Of a DNA stretch of 64,000 nucleotides, positions 1 to 11,065 are shown one piece after another. The stretch spans positions 208 to 64,207 of the forward strand of contig CANQES010000001.1 in assembly GCA_947595555.1 (NCBI GenBank), in the 5' to 3' direction. Position 1 is the stretch's first letter. The number at the start of each line of letters is the position of its first letter. The stretch comes from an uncultured Clostridia bacterium (lineage in GTDB: Bacteria; Bacillota; Clostridia; TANB77; CAG-508). The notes under the pieces are model-generated. The model did no database searches. It saw nothing but the letters and a program-made list of their open reading frames with translations, and had not been told where the DNA came from. A program made the translations under genes and the position numbers.

Positions 1-1595
1 TTTTATTTCCATTTGGCATCATTTGAATGTCCTCTTTTGAAAACACTTTTAACGCTATAACTGCTAATCCATAAATAATAACAGCGATTACAATTGATAT
101 TATGATAGCCAGTTTTTCTGATATTATTCCTAATAAAACTATATAACTAAAATAAGCACAAATTCCCATTATAGTTACCGCTAAAATTGGTTTCAATACA
201 AATTTTGCAAAGGTTAAATCTAATTTTATATTTTTTCTTAAATAAGTTATTGCAATACTAAATGCCACTAAATGACATGCTACAGATCCCCAAGCTGCTC
301 CATTTACACCTATGTCCGGTATTGGTACTAAAACTAAATTCATAATAAATTTAACAATTACTCCGACATCCTAACGATAAAGTTGGTATCATTAGTTTTC
401 CATAGCCTTGCAATGCTCCATTTATAGTCTGGTCTAATATTGTGAAAATAATTGTCAGAGAACTAATTTGTAAAATTGTTTCTCCGCTACTAGCATTTGG
501 AAATAACAAATTTAAAATTGGTCCTGCAAATAAACACATTCCTACAGTACAAGGAAGTCCAATTAACATAGATATCAATAAAGAAAACGATGTTTTTTGT
601 GTAATTGTTTTCTTATCCTTTTTTGCTTTAGCAGCAGATATAGCAGGTACCAAAGCTGTAGCAAATGCCACATTTATTGATAAAGGCAAGCTTGTTAGCA
701 TATCTACTTTTCCACCCAATATACCATATTGAGAAATTGCCATATCTTCTGGCATAAATTGTTTTAAACTTCTTACAACTGTAAAAGAATCTATATTTTT
801 ATTTAACGACGACATAATTGCAGTCAAAGCAATAGGAATTGAAACTAATAGAATCTTTTTTATAATTGTTTTAACTCTTTCATATTTGTAATTAACTGTT
901 GACTTTATTTCAAGAGCAATTTCTTTTCTTCTAGTCTTATAGTACAAATATAAATATCCGAATCCTGCAAAAGTTGCCAACGTTGTTGCTAATGTTGCCC
1001 CTCCTGCCATCCATTCAGTTGATGCACCTGATATAATTGCAATAACTTCTACTAATATAATAGTTAATGCTGTTTTAAATACCTGCTCTATGCTTTGCGA
1101 CTTTGCAGTTGCTCTAATATTTTGTCTAGCATTAAAATATCCTCTCATAACCGATGAAATAGCAACAAAGAAAATTGCTGGTGACAATGCCACTAAAGTC
1201 ATTTCTGCTTCTGGAATTTGCAACCATAAATTAGCAATCATATTAGCTCCAAAAAATAACAGCAAACTACCTACTAACCCTATCATAGCAAAAGTAGCAA
1301 ATGCAATCTTAAAAATCCTATAACCACCTTTATGATCTCCTACAGCTATCCTTTCAGAAACTAACTTAGAAATAGCATTAGGCACACCAATAGACGATAT
1401 TGTAAGAAGCATAGCATAAATTTGATATCCAGCTGCTACAATACCATTTCCTTTATCTCCAAATCCGTCACGATTAGTCAAATACAAAGTATATACTAAA
1501 CCTAACAATTTAATTAATACTTGTGAAAAAATTAAGGTGATAACACCTTGCATAAAAGTTTCTTTATGTTTTTTGGGCATTTTACCACTCCTCAA
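1..1595 (-). CDS. MOP-superfamily flippase, SpoVB-like (stage V sporulation protein B / polysaccharide biosynthesis protein family). An apparent 1-nt frameshift near 355-372 splits it into two frames, and the 3' end runs off the window start
   Basis: ORF 351..1595 is multi-TM with MurJ/SpoVB-like N-terminal segments. On the reverse strand a second frame from about 372 down to 1 encodes the expected continuation (...DVGVIVKFIMNLVLVPIPDIGVNGAAWGSVACHLVAF...). Confidence 0.6.
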
Positions 1596-1671
1596 ATATA
1601 TCTCTTCTATTCATTTTACTTCTTTATTATAAATTTAATTACTAAAATATTCAATAGTTTGGTAAAAAATT

Positions 1672-1701
1672 AAAGATTTGGGGACGGCCCCATAATCCTT
1701 A
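1672..1701. repeat. REP-like palindromic intergenic repeat, copy A (AAAGATTTGGGGACGGCCCCATAATCCTTA)
   Basis: The same 30-nt imperfect palindrome recurs at 5783, 53118 and 53164, in either orientation. Confidence 0.8.
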
Positions 1702-1708
1702 CTACACA

Positions 1709-1740
1709 AAAAAGATTTTAGGTTATTCCTAAAATCTTTT
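1709..1740 (-). terminator. Rho-independent terminator for pflA (overlaps the pflA stop codon)
   Basis: Perfect 11-bp inverted repeat AAAAGATTTTA / TAAAATCTTTT with loop GGTTATTCC. On the minus-strand transcript the hairpin is followed by a U-run. Confidence 0.55.
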
Positions 1741-2449
1741 TTGCTTTTTTTATATCTTCTTCTGTACAATGTCGTACATCTTCTAAAGCATATGACATAC
1801 CAAGCTTTTTCCATTTATACTTACCCATATCATGATAAGGTAATAGTTCTACTTTTTGAACAGTTTTTAAACTATTGATAAAATCCTTTAATTTAAGCAA
1901 ATCTTTTTCGTCATCAGTATAATTAGGAATTAAAACTTGACGAATCCACATAGATATATTATTTTCACTTAAATATTTAGCAAAATTTAATTCCAATACA
2001 TTAGATTTTCCTACTAAGCTTTTACATTTTTCATCATCAATGTGTTTAATATCAAGCAAAACTAAATCTGTTAAAGATAATAATTTTTTAATATCTTCGG
2101 TTAAAGTAACCATGCCAGAAGTGTCAATACAGGTATGAATTTTCTGTTCTTTTAATTTTGTAAATAATTCAATTAAAAATTTGACTTGTAGAAGTGGTTC
2201 TCCACCTGTAACAGTAACACCACCATTAGGATAAATATAGTTTTTATATCGCATGATTTTATCGAAAATATCATCTAAAGATTTATATTCACCACCGTTT
2301 ATATCCCAAGTATCTCGATTGTGGCAGTATTTACATTCTAAGTGGCATCCTTGTAAGAATAATACAAAACGAATTCCAGGACCATCAACAGTTCCAAAAG
2401 ATTCAATTGAGTGTATTTTTGCATAATATCTTAAATCCTTATTTTCCAT
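1718..2449 (-). CDS. pflA: Pyruvate formate-lyase activating enzyme (radical SAM)
   Basis: CHLECKYCHN radical-SAM CX3CX2C motif; sits downstream of pflB. Confidence 0.9.
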   Translation of the reverse strand: MENKDLRYYAKIHSIESFGTVDGPGIRFVLFLQGCHLECKYCHNRDTWDINGGEYKSLDDIFDKIMRYKNYIYPNGGVTVTGGEPLLQVKFLIELFTKLKEQKIHTCIDTSGMVTLTEDIKKLLSLTDLVLLDIKHIDDEKCKSLVGKSNVLELNFAKYLSENNISMWIRQVLIPNYTDDEKDLLKLKDFINSLKTVQKVELLPYHDMGKYKWKKLGMSYALEDVRHCTEEDIKKAKKILGIT

Positions 2450-2458
2450 TTAAAACCT

Positions 2459-4696
2459 CTAAATTCTTTCATGAATAGTTCGATTTATTACATCTAATTG
2501 TTGCTCTCTAGTTAATTTTGTAAAGTTTACAGCATACCCAGAAACACGAATTGTCAATTGAGGATATTTTTCAGGATGCTCCATAGCATCTTCTAGTAAA
2601 CTTCTATCAAATACATTTACATTAATATGATGTCCCGTTTGAGTAAAAAATCCGTCTAACATATTAACTAAATTCGTAATTCTTTCTTCTTCTGATTTTC
2701 CTAAAGTATTTGGCGTGATAGAGAATGTGTATGAAATTCCATCTTCAGCAGAATCAAATGGTAATTTTGCAATAGTGTTCATAACAGCTAATGCTCCATT
2801 AGCATCTCTACCGTGTAGAGGATTCGCACCAGGTCCAAAAGGTTCACCAGCATGCCTTCCATCAGGAGTACTTCCAGTTGCCTTACCGTAAACAACATTA
2901 GAAGTTATTGTTAAAATAGATAAAGTGTGTTTTGAATTCCTATAAGTTTGATGAGTTCTTAATTTGTTCATAAATGTTTTTACAATTGAAACTGCTATTT
3001 GATCTACTCTATCATCATCATTTCCGTATTTTGGAAAATCTCCTTCAATTTTATAATCTACTGCTAGTCCAGTTTCATTACGTATAACTTTTACTTTTGC
3101 ATATTTAATAGCAGATAAAGAGTCAGCAACAACTGATAGACCAGCAATTCCACAAGCCATAGTACGAATAACCTCACGGTCATGTAAAGCCATTTCAATT
3201 GCTTCATAAGAATATTTATCATGCATAAAATGAATAGCATTTAATGCTTTAATATAAATTTTTGCAACATAATCCATCATTTGATTAAATTTTTCCATAA
3301 CTTCTTCATAATCAAGATATTCAGAAGTAATTGGCTCATATTTTGGAGTAACTTGTTTACCAGATATTTCATCTTTACCACCATTAATAGCATATAATAA
3401 TGCTTTTGCTAAATTTGCTCTAGCTCCGAAAAATTGCATCTGTTTTCCAATTTTCATAGGAGAAACGCAACAAGCAATACCATAATCATCTCCTAGTGTA
3501 ATTCTCATTAAATCATCATTTTCATATTGGATAGAAGATGTTTTTATAGATAACTTAGTTGTAAATCTTTTAAATCCTTCTGGTAATCTAGTAGACCACA
3601 AAACTGTTAGGTTTGGCTCTGGTGCTGGACCTAAATTTTGCAATGTATGCAAAATACGGAAAGAATTTTTTGTAACTAAAGTTCTTCCGTCAATTCCCAT
3701 ACCACCAATGCTTTCTGTCACCCAAACAGGGTCTCCACTAAATAACTCATTATATTCGGGAGTTCTTAAGAAACGAACTAATCTTAATTTCATAACAAAA
3801 TGATCCATAATCTCTTGAGCTTCATTTTCAGTTATTATACCATTTTTTAAATCTCTCTCAAAATAAATATCTAAAAATGTAGTATTTCTTCCGAGACTCA
3901 TAGCAGCACCATTTTGTTCCTTAATAGCACCTAAGTACCCAAAATATAGCCATTGAACAGCTTCTTTACTATTAGCAGCAGGCATAGAAATATCAAATCC
4001 ATATTTTGAAGCCATTACCTTTAATTCATTTAGAGCATCTATTTGTTCGCTAATTTCCTCTCTTTCACGAATAACTGATTCAGTAAACTCATCTACATTT
4101 AAAACATCTAGCTCTTTTTTCTTTTCTTCGATTAAATAATCCACTCCATATAAAGCAACTCTTCTATAATCTCCAATAATTCTTCCTCGCCCATAACCAT
4201 CAGGAAGACCAGTTATCAGGTGTGAAGACCTAGCAGCACGGATGTCTGGCGTGTAAACACTAAATACCCCATCATTATGAGTTTTTCTATATTTATGGAA
4301 AATGTCATCAATATCTGGTTCCACATGTCTTCCATATGCTTCACATGATTTTTCCACAATTCTAATTCCTCCAAATGGCATGATAGCTCTTTTAAGAGGA
4401 GCATCAGTTTGTAATCCGACAATATCTTCCAATTCTTTATCAATATAACCAGCTTCATGGCTAGATATAGTTGAAACAGTTTTTGTATCAATGTCTAGTA
4501 CATTTCCCTGGCTTTCCTTTTCTTTTTGGTATAAATCTAATACTTTGTCCCATAATTTTTTTGTTTTTTCAGAAGCTCCAACTAAAAAACTATCGTCTCC
4601 TTCATATGGTGTGTAATTTTTTTGAATGAAATCCCTTACATTAATTTCTTCTTGCCAGTCACCAATGACAAATCCATTCCATTGTTCAAATTTCAT
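2459..4696 (-). CDS. pflB: Pyruvate formate-lyase (glycyl radical enzyme)
   Basis: 745 aa with C-terminal glycyl-radical motif RVSGYAVNF and an active-site-like CC pair (GIACCVSPM). Confidence 0.95.
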   Translation of the reverse strand: MKFEQWNGFVIGDWQEEINVRDFIQKNYTPYEGDDSFLVGASEKTKKLWDKVLDLYQKEKESQGNVLDIDTKTVSTISSHEAGYIDKELEDIVGLQTDAPLKRAIMPFGGIRIVEKSCEAYGRHVEPDIDDIFHKYRKTHNDGVFSVYTPDIRAARSSHLITGLPDGYGRGRIIGDYRRVALYGVDYLIEEKKKELDVLNVDEFTESVIREREEISEQIDALNELKVMASKYGFDISMPAANSKEAVQWLYFGYLGAIKEQNGAAMSLGRNTTFLDIYFERDLKNGIITENEAQEIMDHFVMKLRLVRFLRTPEYNELFSGDPVWVTESIGGMGIDGRTLVTKNSFRILHTLQNLGPAPEPNLTVLWSTRLPEGFKRFTTKLSIKTSSIQYENDDLMRITLGDDYGIACCVSPMKIGKQMQFFGARANLAKALLYAINGGKDEISGKQVTPKYEPITSEYLDYEEVMEKFNQMMDYVAKIYIKALNAIHFMHDKYSYEAIEMALHDREVIRTMACGIAGLSVVADSLSAIKYAKVKVIRNETGLAVDYKIEGDFPKYGNDDDRVDQIAVSIVKTFMNKLRTHQTYRNSKHTLSILTITSNVVYGKATGSTPDGRHAGEPFGPGANPLHGRDANGALAVMNTIAKLPFDSAEDGISYTFSITPNTLGKSEEERITNLVNMLDGFFTQTGHHINVNVFDRSLLEDAMEHPEKYPQLTIRVSGYAVNFTKLTREQQLDVINRTIHERI

Positions 4697-4785
4697 AATT
4701 TACCTCCTATTCATATTATTTACATTTTGACTGAAATTATAATAACATATAAAAAAAATAATATCAATTATTGACATATAGAAAT

Positions 4786-4814
4786 TTGACAAAATCAGCA
4801 AAAAAAATTATAAT
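4786..4814 (+). promoter_or_regulatory. Sigma-A-type promoter for ppaC (TTGACA-17-TATAAT)
   Basis: TTGACA at 4786-4791, a 17-nt spacer and TATAAT at 4809-4814, about 30 nt upstream of the RBS AAGGAG and ATG at 4846. Confidence 0.45.
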
Positions 4815-4845
4815 ATTGATTATTACAATAAAAATATAAGGAGAA

Positions 4846-5775
4846 ATGAAAATGGAAAATGAAATATTAATATTTGGACATAAAAATCCAGACACAGATT
4901 CAATATGCTCTAGCATGTCATATCAAGCTTTAAATGAAAAAAACGGACGTAAAACAAAAGTAGTAAGACTAGGAAATGTAAATAAAGAAACACAATATGT
5001 GTTAGACTACTTAAAAATAGAAGCACCAGAGCTTATTGAAAAAGTAGAAGAGAATCAAGAGGTAATTTTAGTAGACCATAACGAATTTGACCAAAGTGTA
5101 GAAGGAATTGAAAAGGCAAAAATATTAGAAGTAATAGATCATCATAAAATAGGACATTTCAAAACATCAGAACCTTTATATTATACAGCAAAACCATATG
5201 GATGTACAGCAACAATTCTTTTCGAAGAATTTAAGCAAAAAAATTACACAATAGATAGAAAAGAAGCAGTATTAATGGCAAGTGCCATTATATCAGATAC
5301 ATTATTATTAAAATCACCAACTACAACAGAACATGATATACAAGCCTTACACGAGTTAGCACAAATATCTAATATCAATTTAGAAGAATACGGAATAGAC
5401 ATGCTAAAAGCTGGTACAGACTTAGATGACTATTCAGCTGAAGAATTGATAAATTTAGATGCCAAGGAAGCAACTAGTAATGGTGTTAAATTTGTAATTG
5501 CACAAGTAAATACAGTTAGTATAGAAGACGTATTAAAAAGAGAAGAAGAATTAAAATTAGCCATTAATAATACAATAAAAGAAAAAGGACTAAGTTTATT
5601 TGTATTTGCAATTACAGATATATTAAATAGCAATTCAGAAATTATAGCATTAGGTGAAAAAGCAAATATTATCAAAACAGCTTTTGGAAAAGAATTAGAA
5701 AATGATAGAGTTTTTCTAGAAGGTGTCGTTTCAAGAAAAAAACAATTAATGCCTAATATCGATAAAAATATTTAA
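4846..5775 (+). CDS. ppaC: Manganese-dependent inorganic pyrophosphatase (family II, DHH)
   Basis: DHH family motifs (HKNPDTDSICSS, DHNEFDQS, DHHK), 309 aa. Confidence 0.9.
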   Translation: MKMENEILIFGHKNPDTDSICSSMSYQALNEKNGRKTKVVRLGNVNKETQYVLDYLKIEAPELIEKVEENQEVILVDHNEFDQSVEGIEKAKILEVIDHHKIGHFKTSEPLYYTAKPYGCTATILFEEFKQKNYTIDRKEAVLMASAIISDTLLLKSPTTTEHDIQALHELAQISNINLEEYGIDMLKAGTDLDDYSAEELINLDAKEATSNGVKFVIAQVNTVSIEDVLKREEELKLAINNTIKEKGLSLFVFAITDILNSNSEIIALGEKANIIKTAFGKELENDRVFLEGVVSRKKQLMPNIDKNI

Positions 5776-5782
5776 AGGAAAA

Positions 5783-5813
5783 AAAGGATTATGGGGCCGT
5801 CCCCAAATCCTTT
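5783..5813. repeat. REP-like palindromic repeat, copy B (AAAGGATTATGGGGCCGTCCCCAAATCCTTT), which also serves as a bidirectional hairpin terminator
   Basis: Reverse-complement orientation of copy A. A 13-14 bp stem with one bulge, an A-run before and a T-run after. Confidence 0.8.
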
Positions 5814-5824
5814 TTTTCAAGTTC

Positions 5825-6760
5825 TTACATACCTAATAACTTTAAAGCTACATTCTCCATTTTATATTTTCCATCAACTAAAACAAACTCCACTAATGTA
5901 TTCTCTAAGGTTTCTTCATTTTGTCTTAAATCTGTAGTAAAATATAATTTTATTTGTGGTATGTCTACTGCATTTTTCACAATTTCTTTAAAAGTTTCTG
6001 CCATGTTTTTTTCGTCTTCACAAATTAATATTAATTGTGGCATACTGCTAAATCCTGAATCACCTTGTACAAAATTTTCATAAAAATCTTTATACAATCT
6101 CATCTTATCTACTATTTTCTTTTGCCAATCTGCTTCTCTTCTAACTACTTCAAAAACAAATTGAATTGATTTTCCATTTTTAGTTAGTTTTACAGCTCCT
6201 CCAGTTGCCTTAAATAGTTTTCCAGTAACTTTTGCTGTTATTGCTGGCTTTACTATATAGCTGTCAAAAGCTTTTACTTTTCTTAGATACGCAATTAGCG
6301 TTTGATTTCCTGCTAGTCTTTTCTTAATCATCGCAACTGTTTTGGTATTATCTGATGGTTGCCATTTACACTCAATTTCTTTCGAATTTAATAAATATTT
6401 TCCCATTTTTTCTAGACAGTAAATTCTATAAATTCCTTTTCCTTCATCAGAAGTAAAGTAATATCTTGTTAAAATTTTTGATTTAACAAGTTGATCCAAT
6501 TTATTGTTTAATTTATCTTGAGATTTTGGGTCAATTCCTTTAATGTCTAACATCTGATATAATTGTCTTGAAGTTATAAATTCAAATTCATTTACCAATT
6601 CCAAAATAGCAAAATGAATGTCATTGATATGACCTATATTTATCTTATGTACAATTTGATTCATGGAAACATATCCATCTTTTCCATCAAATGTTTTTAT
6701 CTCACCTTCTCTAATAGCAAAAGGTGATACTTGTGCTTTAATTTGGTTATCTTCAACCAC
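5825..6760 (-). CDS. Hypothetical protein with a wHTH-like segment, possibly replication-relaxation-like
   Basis: 311-aa ORF. The segment ILELVNEFEFITSRQLYQML resembles a winged helix. No catalytic motif recognised. Confidence 0.3.
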   Translation of the reverse strand: MVEDNQIKAQVSPFAIREGEIKTFDGKDGYVSMNQIVHKINIGHINDIHFAILELVNEFEFITSRQLYQMLDIKGIDPKSQDKLNNKLDQLVKSKILTRYYFTSDEGKGIYRIYCLEKMGKYLLNSKEIECKWQPSDNTKTVAMIKKRLAGNQTLIAYLRKVKAFDSYIVKPAITAKVTGKLFKATGGAVKLTKNGKSIQFVFEVVRREADWQKKIVDKMRLYKDFYENFVQGDSGFSSMPQLILICEDEKNMAETFKEIVKNAVDIPQIKLYFTTDLRQNEETLENTLVEFVLVDGKYKMENVALKLLGM

Positions 6761-6772
6761 TTTAATTCCTCC

Positions 6773-7639
6773 TTATATGATTACTAATTTTATCTTTTTT
6801 CTTTGGTTATCTATCTTTTTTATATACACATCTACTGTTTGCCCATAATCATATCCTTGTTTATATTCTGCCATTCCTACTAAGTTTGGAGTTAATTCTA
6901 TAAAAATACCATTCTTATTTTTTTCAGTTTCACGAACAATCCCCTTTGCTCTCGTTCCTGGAGCAAACTTTTTAGCATTTTCTTCCCAAGTTCCTAACAT
7001 TTCTTTATATGATAAAACTAACTTTCCAGTATGTCTATCTATAGATTTTACCATAATTTCCACTTTTTGTCCAATTCCTAACCTTTCATATGGTGACTTA
7101 ATTCTTGCAATAGATAAATCTTCAATATGTGCTAAACCTACTACTCCTCCTCCAATTTCGATAAAAGCACCATATGGTTTTATATTTTTTACAATTCCTA
7201 CTAGCTTATCCCCTTCTTTTAAATCATTCTTTACCCATTCTAAAGCCTCTTGTTGAACCTTTTTTCTTGATAAAACAATGTGATTTTCATCTTGAGATTC
7301 TTTTATCGTAAATTGTACAAATTTATGTACTTTTCCAGTACATAAATTTGTTTTTGGTAATCCGTCGTCTTCTAAGTGAATTGCTTCTACCTCTTGCCTT
7401 GGCATAACTCCAGTTAATCCGTTTTCAAAGTTTATATATAAATTATAATTATCATCACATTTTTGGACTAATCCTTGTAAAACAGTCTCCTCTTTTTTAT
7501 AATTATTTATTTTATTGATATCTAATACACTAATTTCATTATTCCATCCCTCTGGCTTGAACTTTAATGAATTCATTTGTTTTTTCTCCTTTTTGTCATA
7601 TGTTTTTTCCATTATAACTTTTTTTAATTTTATTTTCAA
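6773..7639 (-). CDS. S1 RNA-binding domain protein
   Basis: S1-domain signature GAFIEIGGGVVGLAHIEDLS...GQKVEIMVKSIDRHTGKLVLSYK. Confidence 0.6.
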   Translation of the reverse strand: MKIKLKKVIMEKTYDKKEKKQMNSLKFKPEGWNNEISVLDINKINNYKKEETVLQGLVQKCDDNYNLYINFENGLTGVMPRQEVEAIHLEDDGLPKTNLCTGKVHKFVQFTIKESQDENHIVLSRKKVQQEALEWVKNDLKEGDKLVGIVKNIKPYGAFIEIGGGVVGLAHIEDLSIARIKSPYERLGIGQKVEIMVKSIDRHTGKLVLSYKEMLGTWEENAKKFAPGTRAKGIVRETEKNKNGIFIELTPNLVGMAEYKQGYDYGQTVDVYIKKIDNQRKKIKLVII

Positions 7640-8361
7640 TATCTGTTAGATAAAATTTTCATTACCTCTGAGCTCGTCAAGTATCGCCATTTTCCCAAAG
7701 GTAAATCCTTTACTCCAATTCCAGCTATTTCGCTTCTATGTAATGCTATAACCTTATGCCCAATTGCTTCACACATCTTACGAACTTGTCTATTTTTTCC
7801 TTCATGTATCGTTATGTTTATACGAGATTGATTTTTTTCTGTATCAGTCTTCAATATTTTTACCTTGGCAGGTTTTGTTATATAATCTTCTATAGCAACA
7901 CCTTTTCTTAATTTATCAACTTCTTCTGGCTGTATAATTCCTTTTATAGTAGCATTATACGTTTTTTCTACTTCATGTTTAGGATGAGTTACTTGATACA
8001 CAAAATTGCCATCATTAGTTAAGAGTAAGGCACCAGATGTGTACATATCCAATCTTCCTACTGGAACTATCCTTTGCTTTATTTTTACTAAATCTAGGAC
8101 TGAATCACGATTAAACTGATCTTTAGCTGTTGTTACATAACCAATTGGTTTATTCAACAAAATATATACATTTTCTTGCTGTACTTTTACAATCTTTCCT
8201 TCATATTCCACTTTATCTTTTTGTGCATCTATTTTAGTACCTAATTCAGTTACAATTTTATTATTTACTTTAACTTTTCCCTGCCCGAATTAATTCTTCG
8301 GCTTTTCTTCTAGATGCAATTCCTGCATCAGCTAAATATTTTTGCAATCTTATATCTCTCA
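7636..8361 (-). CDS. RsuA/RluB-family rRNA pseudouridine synthase with an apparent 1-nt frameshift that separates the N-terminal S4 domain (about 8361..8280) from the catalytic domain (8211..7636)
   Basis: Catalytic motif GRLDMYTSGALLLTNDG in ORF 7636..8211. Upstream in a different frame, after AGGAGG and a TTG start, runs LRDIRLQKYLADAGIASRRKAEELIRAGKS*. Removing one A from GGGAAAAGTT restores ...GKVKVNNKIV. Confidence 0.6.
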
Positions 8362-8373
8362 AATAGCTACCTC

Positions 8374-9297
8374 CTAGAATGATGATTCTTCCTTTATTTT
8401 CGACATAATCGCTTTAAAATACTCTGGTAATTCTGCTTCTAAAAACATTTCTTTTCCTGTTGTAGGATGCCTAAATACCAAACTTTTTGCATGTAAGCAT
8501 TGACCTTCTATTCCCCATTCATTTTTTCCATTTGAATACACCATGTCACCTATAATTGGATAACCTATTTCTGCTAAATGTACCCTGATTTGATGTGTTC
8601 TACCTGTTTCTATTTTAACTTCTAATAGTGTACAATTGTGTTTTGGATATCTTTCTATTACTTTAAAATGTGTAATTGCTTCTTTTCCATTTTTAGTTAC
8701 TGACATCTTTTTTCTGTCTTTAGTGCTTCTGCCAATTGGCATTTTAATAGTTGCTTCTTTTTCTTTTACAATTCCTCTTACCATGGCTATATATGTTTTC
8801 TTAACTTCATGATTTTTGATTTGCCCACTTAAATTAATATGTGCTTTATCATTTTTTGCTACAATTAAAATCCCTGATGTATCTTTATCAATTCTGTGAA
8901 CAATTCCTGGTCTTATTTCTCCACCAATGCCAGATAATGAATCTTTACAAATTGACATTAAACTATTTACTAGAGTCCCATCTGGATTTCCATTAGCTGG
9001 ATGAACTACCATTCCTTTTGGCTTATTTACTACAATAATATCTTTATCTTCATAAATTACCTCTATTGGTATATTTTGTGCTTTTATTTCAACTTCTTTT
9101 GGTTCTTCTTTTTCAACAGTTATTTTATCATCTTTTTGTATTTTGTATGAAGCTTTTGTTGGTTTATTATTAACTAGAATTTTCTTTTCTTCAATTAATC
9201 TTTGAATTGCTACACGAGAAAAATCTTCCTTTTGCTTAGTTAAATAACTGTCAATTCGATTGCCTTGCTCTTCCTCTTTTACAATAAATGTTTCCAA
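8374..9297 (-). CDS. rluD: RluA/RluD-family 23S rRNA pseudouridine synthase (S4 domain plus catalytic domain)
   Basis: HRIDKDTSGILIVAKND catalytic motif; N-terminal S4-like segment. Confidence 0.8.
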   Translation of the reverse strand: METFIVKEEEQGNRIDSYLTKQKEDFSRVAIQRLIEEKKILVNNKPTKASYKIQKDDKITVEKEEPKEVEIKAQNIPIEVIYEDKDIIVVNKPKGMVVHPANGNPDGTLVNSLMSICKDSLSGIGGEIRPGIVHRIDKDTSGILIVAKNDKAHINLSGQIKNHEVKKTYIAMVRGIVKEKEATIKMPIGRSTKDRKKMSVTKNGKEAITHFKVIERYPKHNCTLLEVKIETGRTHQIRVHLAEIGYPIIGDMVYSNGKNEWGIEGQCLHAKSLVFRHPTTGKEMFLEAELPEYFKAIMSKIKEESSF

Positions 9298-9300
9298 TTT

Positions 9301-10956
9301 TTATCCTTCCTTTTTTTGTATCTCATAAATTATAAAATAATCATCCTTATATAATTCTTTGTATTGAGGATCTTTTGTTTTTGTAATCAACATATTCACC
9401 TTTGAATTCTCAAAAGCTATAATATGTGTAATATTATACTTTTCAAAAATATCTCCATAAAATTTTCCAATACTAGAAGCATCTATAAAATCTGAAAATA
9501 TATCTTCTTCTTTTCCACTAAATTCTGGTGCATATAAATCTGCTCTTGAATCTATGAATACTGGTATTCCTCTGAATAGCATATAACTTCCATAATTATA
9601 TTCATTATAAAATCTTGCTGTTCCCAAATCAATATTTTCTAGGATGAAATCACAAGCTTGTACTGGATAACAAGTTTCATCAACATATGTGTCATCTAAC
9701 TTGTCCTTACCTAAATAATAACTTAATCCTAACATTCCAGCTGTAATTACTATTATACCTATAACATGTGTTAATTTTTCTATAACTTGTTGTTCTTTCT
9801 TTACTGTATAGTTTTCAATTAATTGAAGCGCTAATCTATTTAGAATAACTGAACAAATAATAGCAAACATTGTTATTTGTCTTCTTGATTCTAACATTAA
9901 ATAGCATAGTCCACCGACCATGAATAAGTCACTCAATCTTATTTTTGATTTTGTAAAAACTAAAACAGCTAAAAACATTATAAGCATACACATAGCATCT
10001 GTATCTGTTGATAAAGTCATTGGCGAATGTTCATTAATATTTTGCGTGGTATTTCCTCGCATTGTTTTTTGTAAATAGGTATATGGTGCATCTCCCAAAG
10101 GTGTTAAAAATCCTGTTAATAAACAAATTATCATAATTAATATTAACCATTTTACATTTGAGTTTTTAGTCATTTTAATTTTATACGGATTTTGTAATTC
10201 CTTTGTTCTCTTTATTTTTACTTTGTCTACTTCATCTTCTAACTCTTTTTTCTCTTTTTGTAATTTTTCTAGTTTTTCTTCTTTTCCTTTCTTTTCCTTA
10301 TAATAATCTATTTTTATTTTTAATATTAGCATCTTTATTTTTCGATATATAATAGTATCTGCTAATAAATTAATTAAATATTCTGCTATATAAGGTAAAT
10401 ATAATACAAAATAAAATGGAAATACTGCAACATGTATATTAGCAATTATAATTGGAATTGTTATTAATCCTACAACATATCTTTTCTTTTTGGTTTCTAT
10501 AAATCGTTCAATAAAATATATAGTTAGAATAAATAAAATAAATGTAACTAATTGAACTCTAGCTGTGATATATCCTCTAATGACATACATTACCCCTATT
10601 GTTATTAAAAAAGAAAAAATTTGATTTTTTGCTAATTTAGTATTTACTAAATAAATTGTTATTCCTAATATTACTGATAATATACAAGTCACTACATAAA
10701 TTCCTGTAAAGCCAAATACATTATAGATGAGGTAAGTGATTAAATCATACCCCCAATGAGGATATGTATATCCTAAATTTTCATGCCAAGAAAATGGATC
10801 TTGATAATCAATTCCATATTTTGCAATATGCTCCCCTACCTTTATTGTATAATAAGTATCGTTTTGAAATGTTACAGGCGTTAATGCTACACAAAAAATG
10901 GCAATTAGAATAACTGCTAATATTGTAAATTTGACAGATGCCTTAATTTTTTTCAT
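9301..10956 (-). CDS. Polytopic membrane protein, putative GT-C-fold glycosyltransferase (ArnT/PMT-like), with an internal K/E-rich coiled-coil segment
   Basis: More than 10 predicted TM helices; an N-terminal loop with D/E residues reminiscent of the GT-C family. No firm motif. Confidence 0.35.
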   Translation of the reverse strand: MKKIKASVKFTILAVILIAIFCVALTPVTFQNDTYYTIKVGEHIAKYGIDYQDPFSWHENLGYTYPHWGYDLITYLIYNVFGFTGIYVVTCILSVILGITIYLVNTKLAKNQIFSFLITIGVMYVIRGYITARVQLVTFILFILTIYFIERFIETKKKRYVVGLITIPIIIANIHVAVFPFYFVLYLPYIAEYLINLLADTIIYRKIKMLILKIKIDYYKEKKGKEEKLEKLQKEKKELEDEVDKVKIKRTKELQNPYKIKMTKNSNVKWLILIMIICLLTGFLTPLGDAPYTYLQKTMRGNTTQNINEHSPMTLSTDTDAMCMLIMFLAVLVFTKSKIRLSDLFMVGGLCYLMLESRRQITMFAIICSVILNRLALQLIENYTVKKEQQVIEKLTHVIGIIVITAGMLGLSYYLGKDKLDDTYVDETCYPVQACDFILENIDLGTARFYNEYNYGSYMLFRGIPVFIDSRADLYAPEFSGKEEDIFSDFIDASSIGKFYGDIFEKYNITHIIAFENSKVNMLITKTKDPQYKELYKDDYFIIYEIQKKEG

Positions 10957-11065
10957 TTTTATATTTCCTCTTTCCTTTTTTGTTTTTTCAATTATACCAA
11001 AAAAAGTTACAAAAAACTAGAGTTTTGCAACTTTTCTTTTTAAAAGTATTAATATATGATACATT

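Noticed and set aside
4697-4845. pflB-ppaC divergent intergenic region checked for a riboswitch or T-box
   Set aside because: About 150 nt of AT-rich sequence containing a clear sigma-A promoter. No conserved riboswitch-like GC-rich stems were visible.
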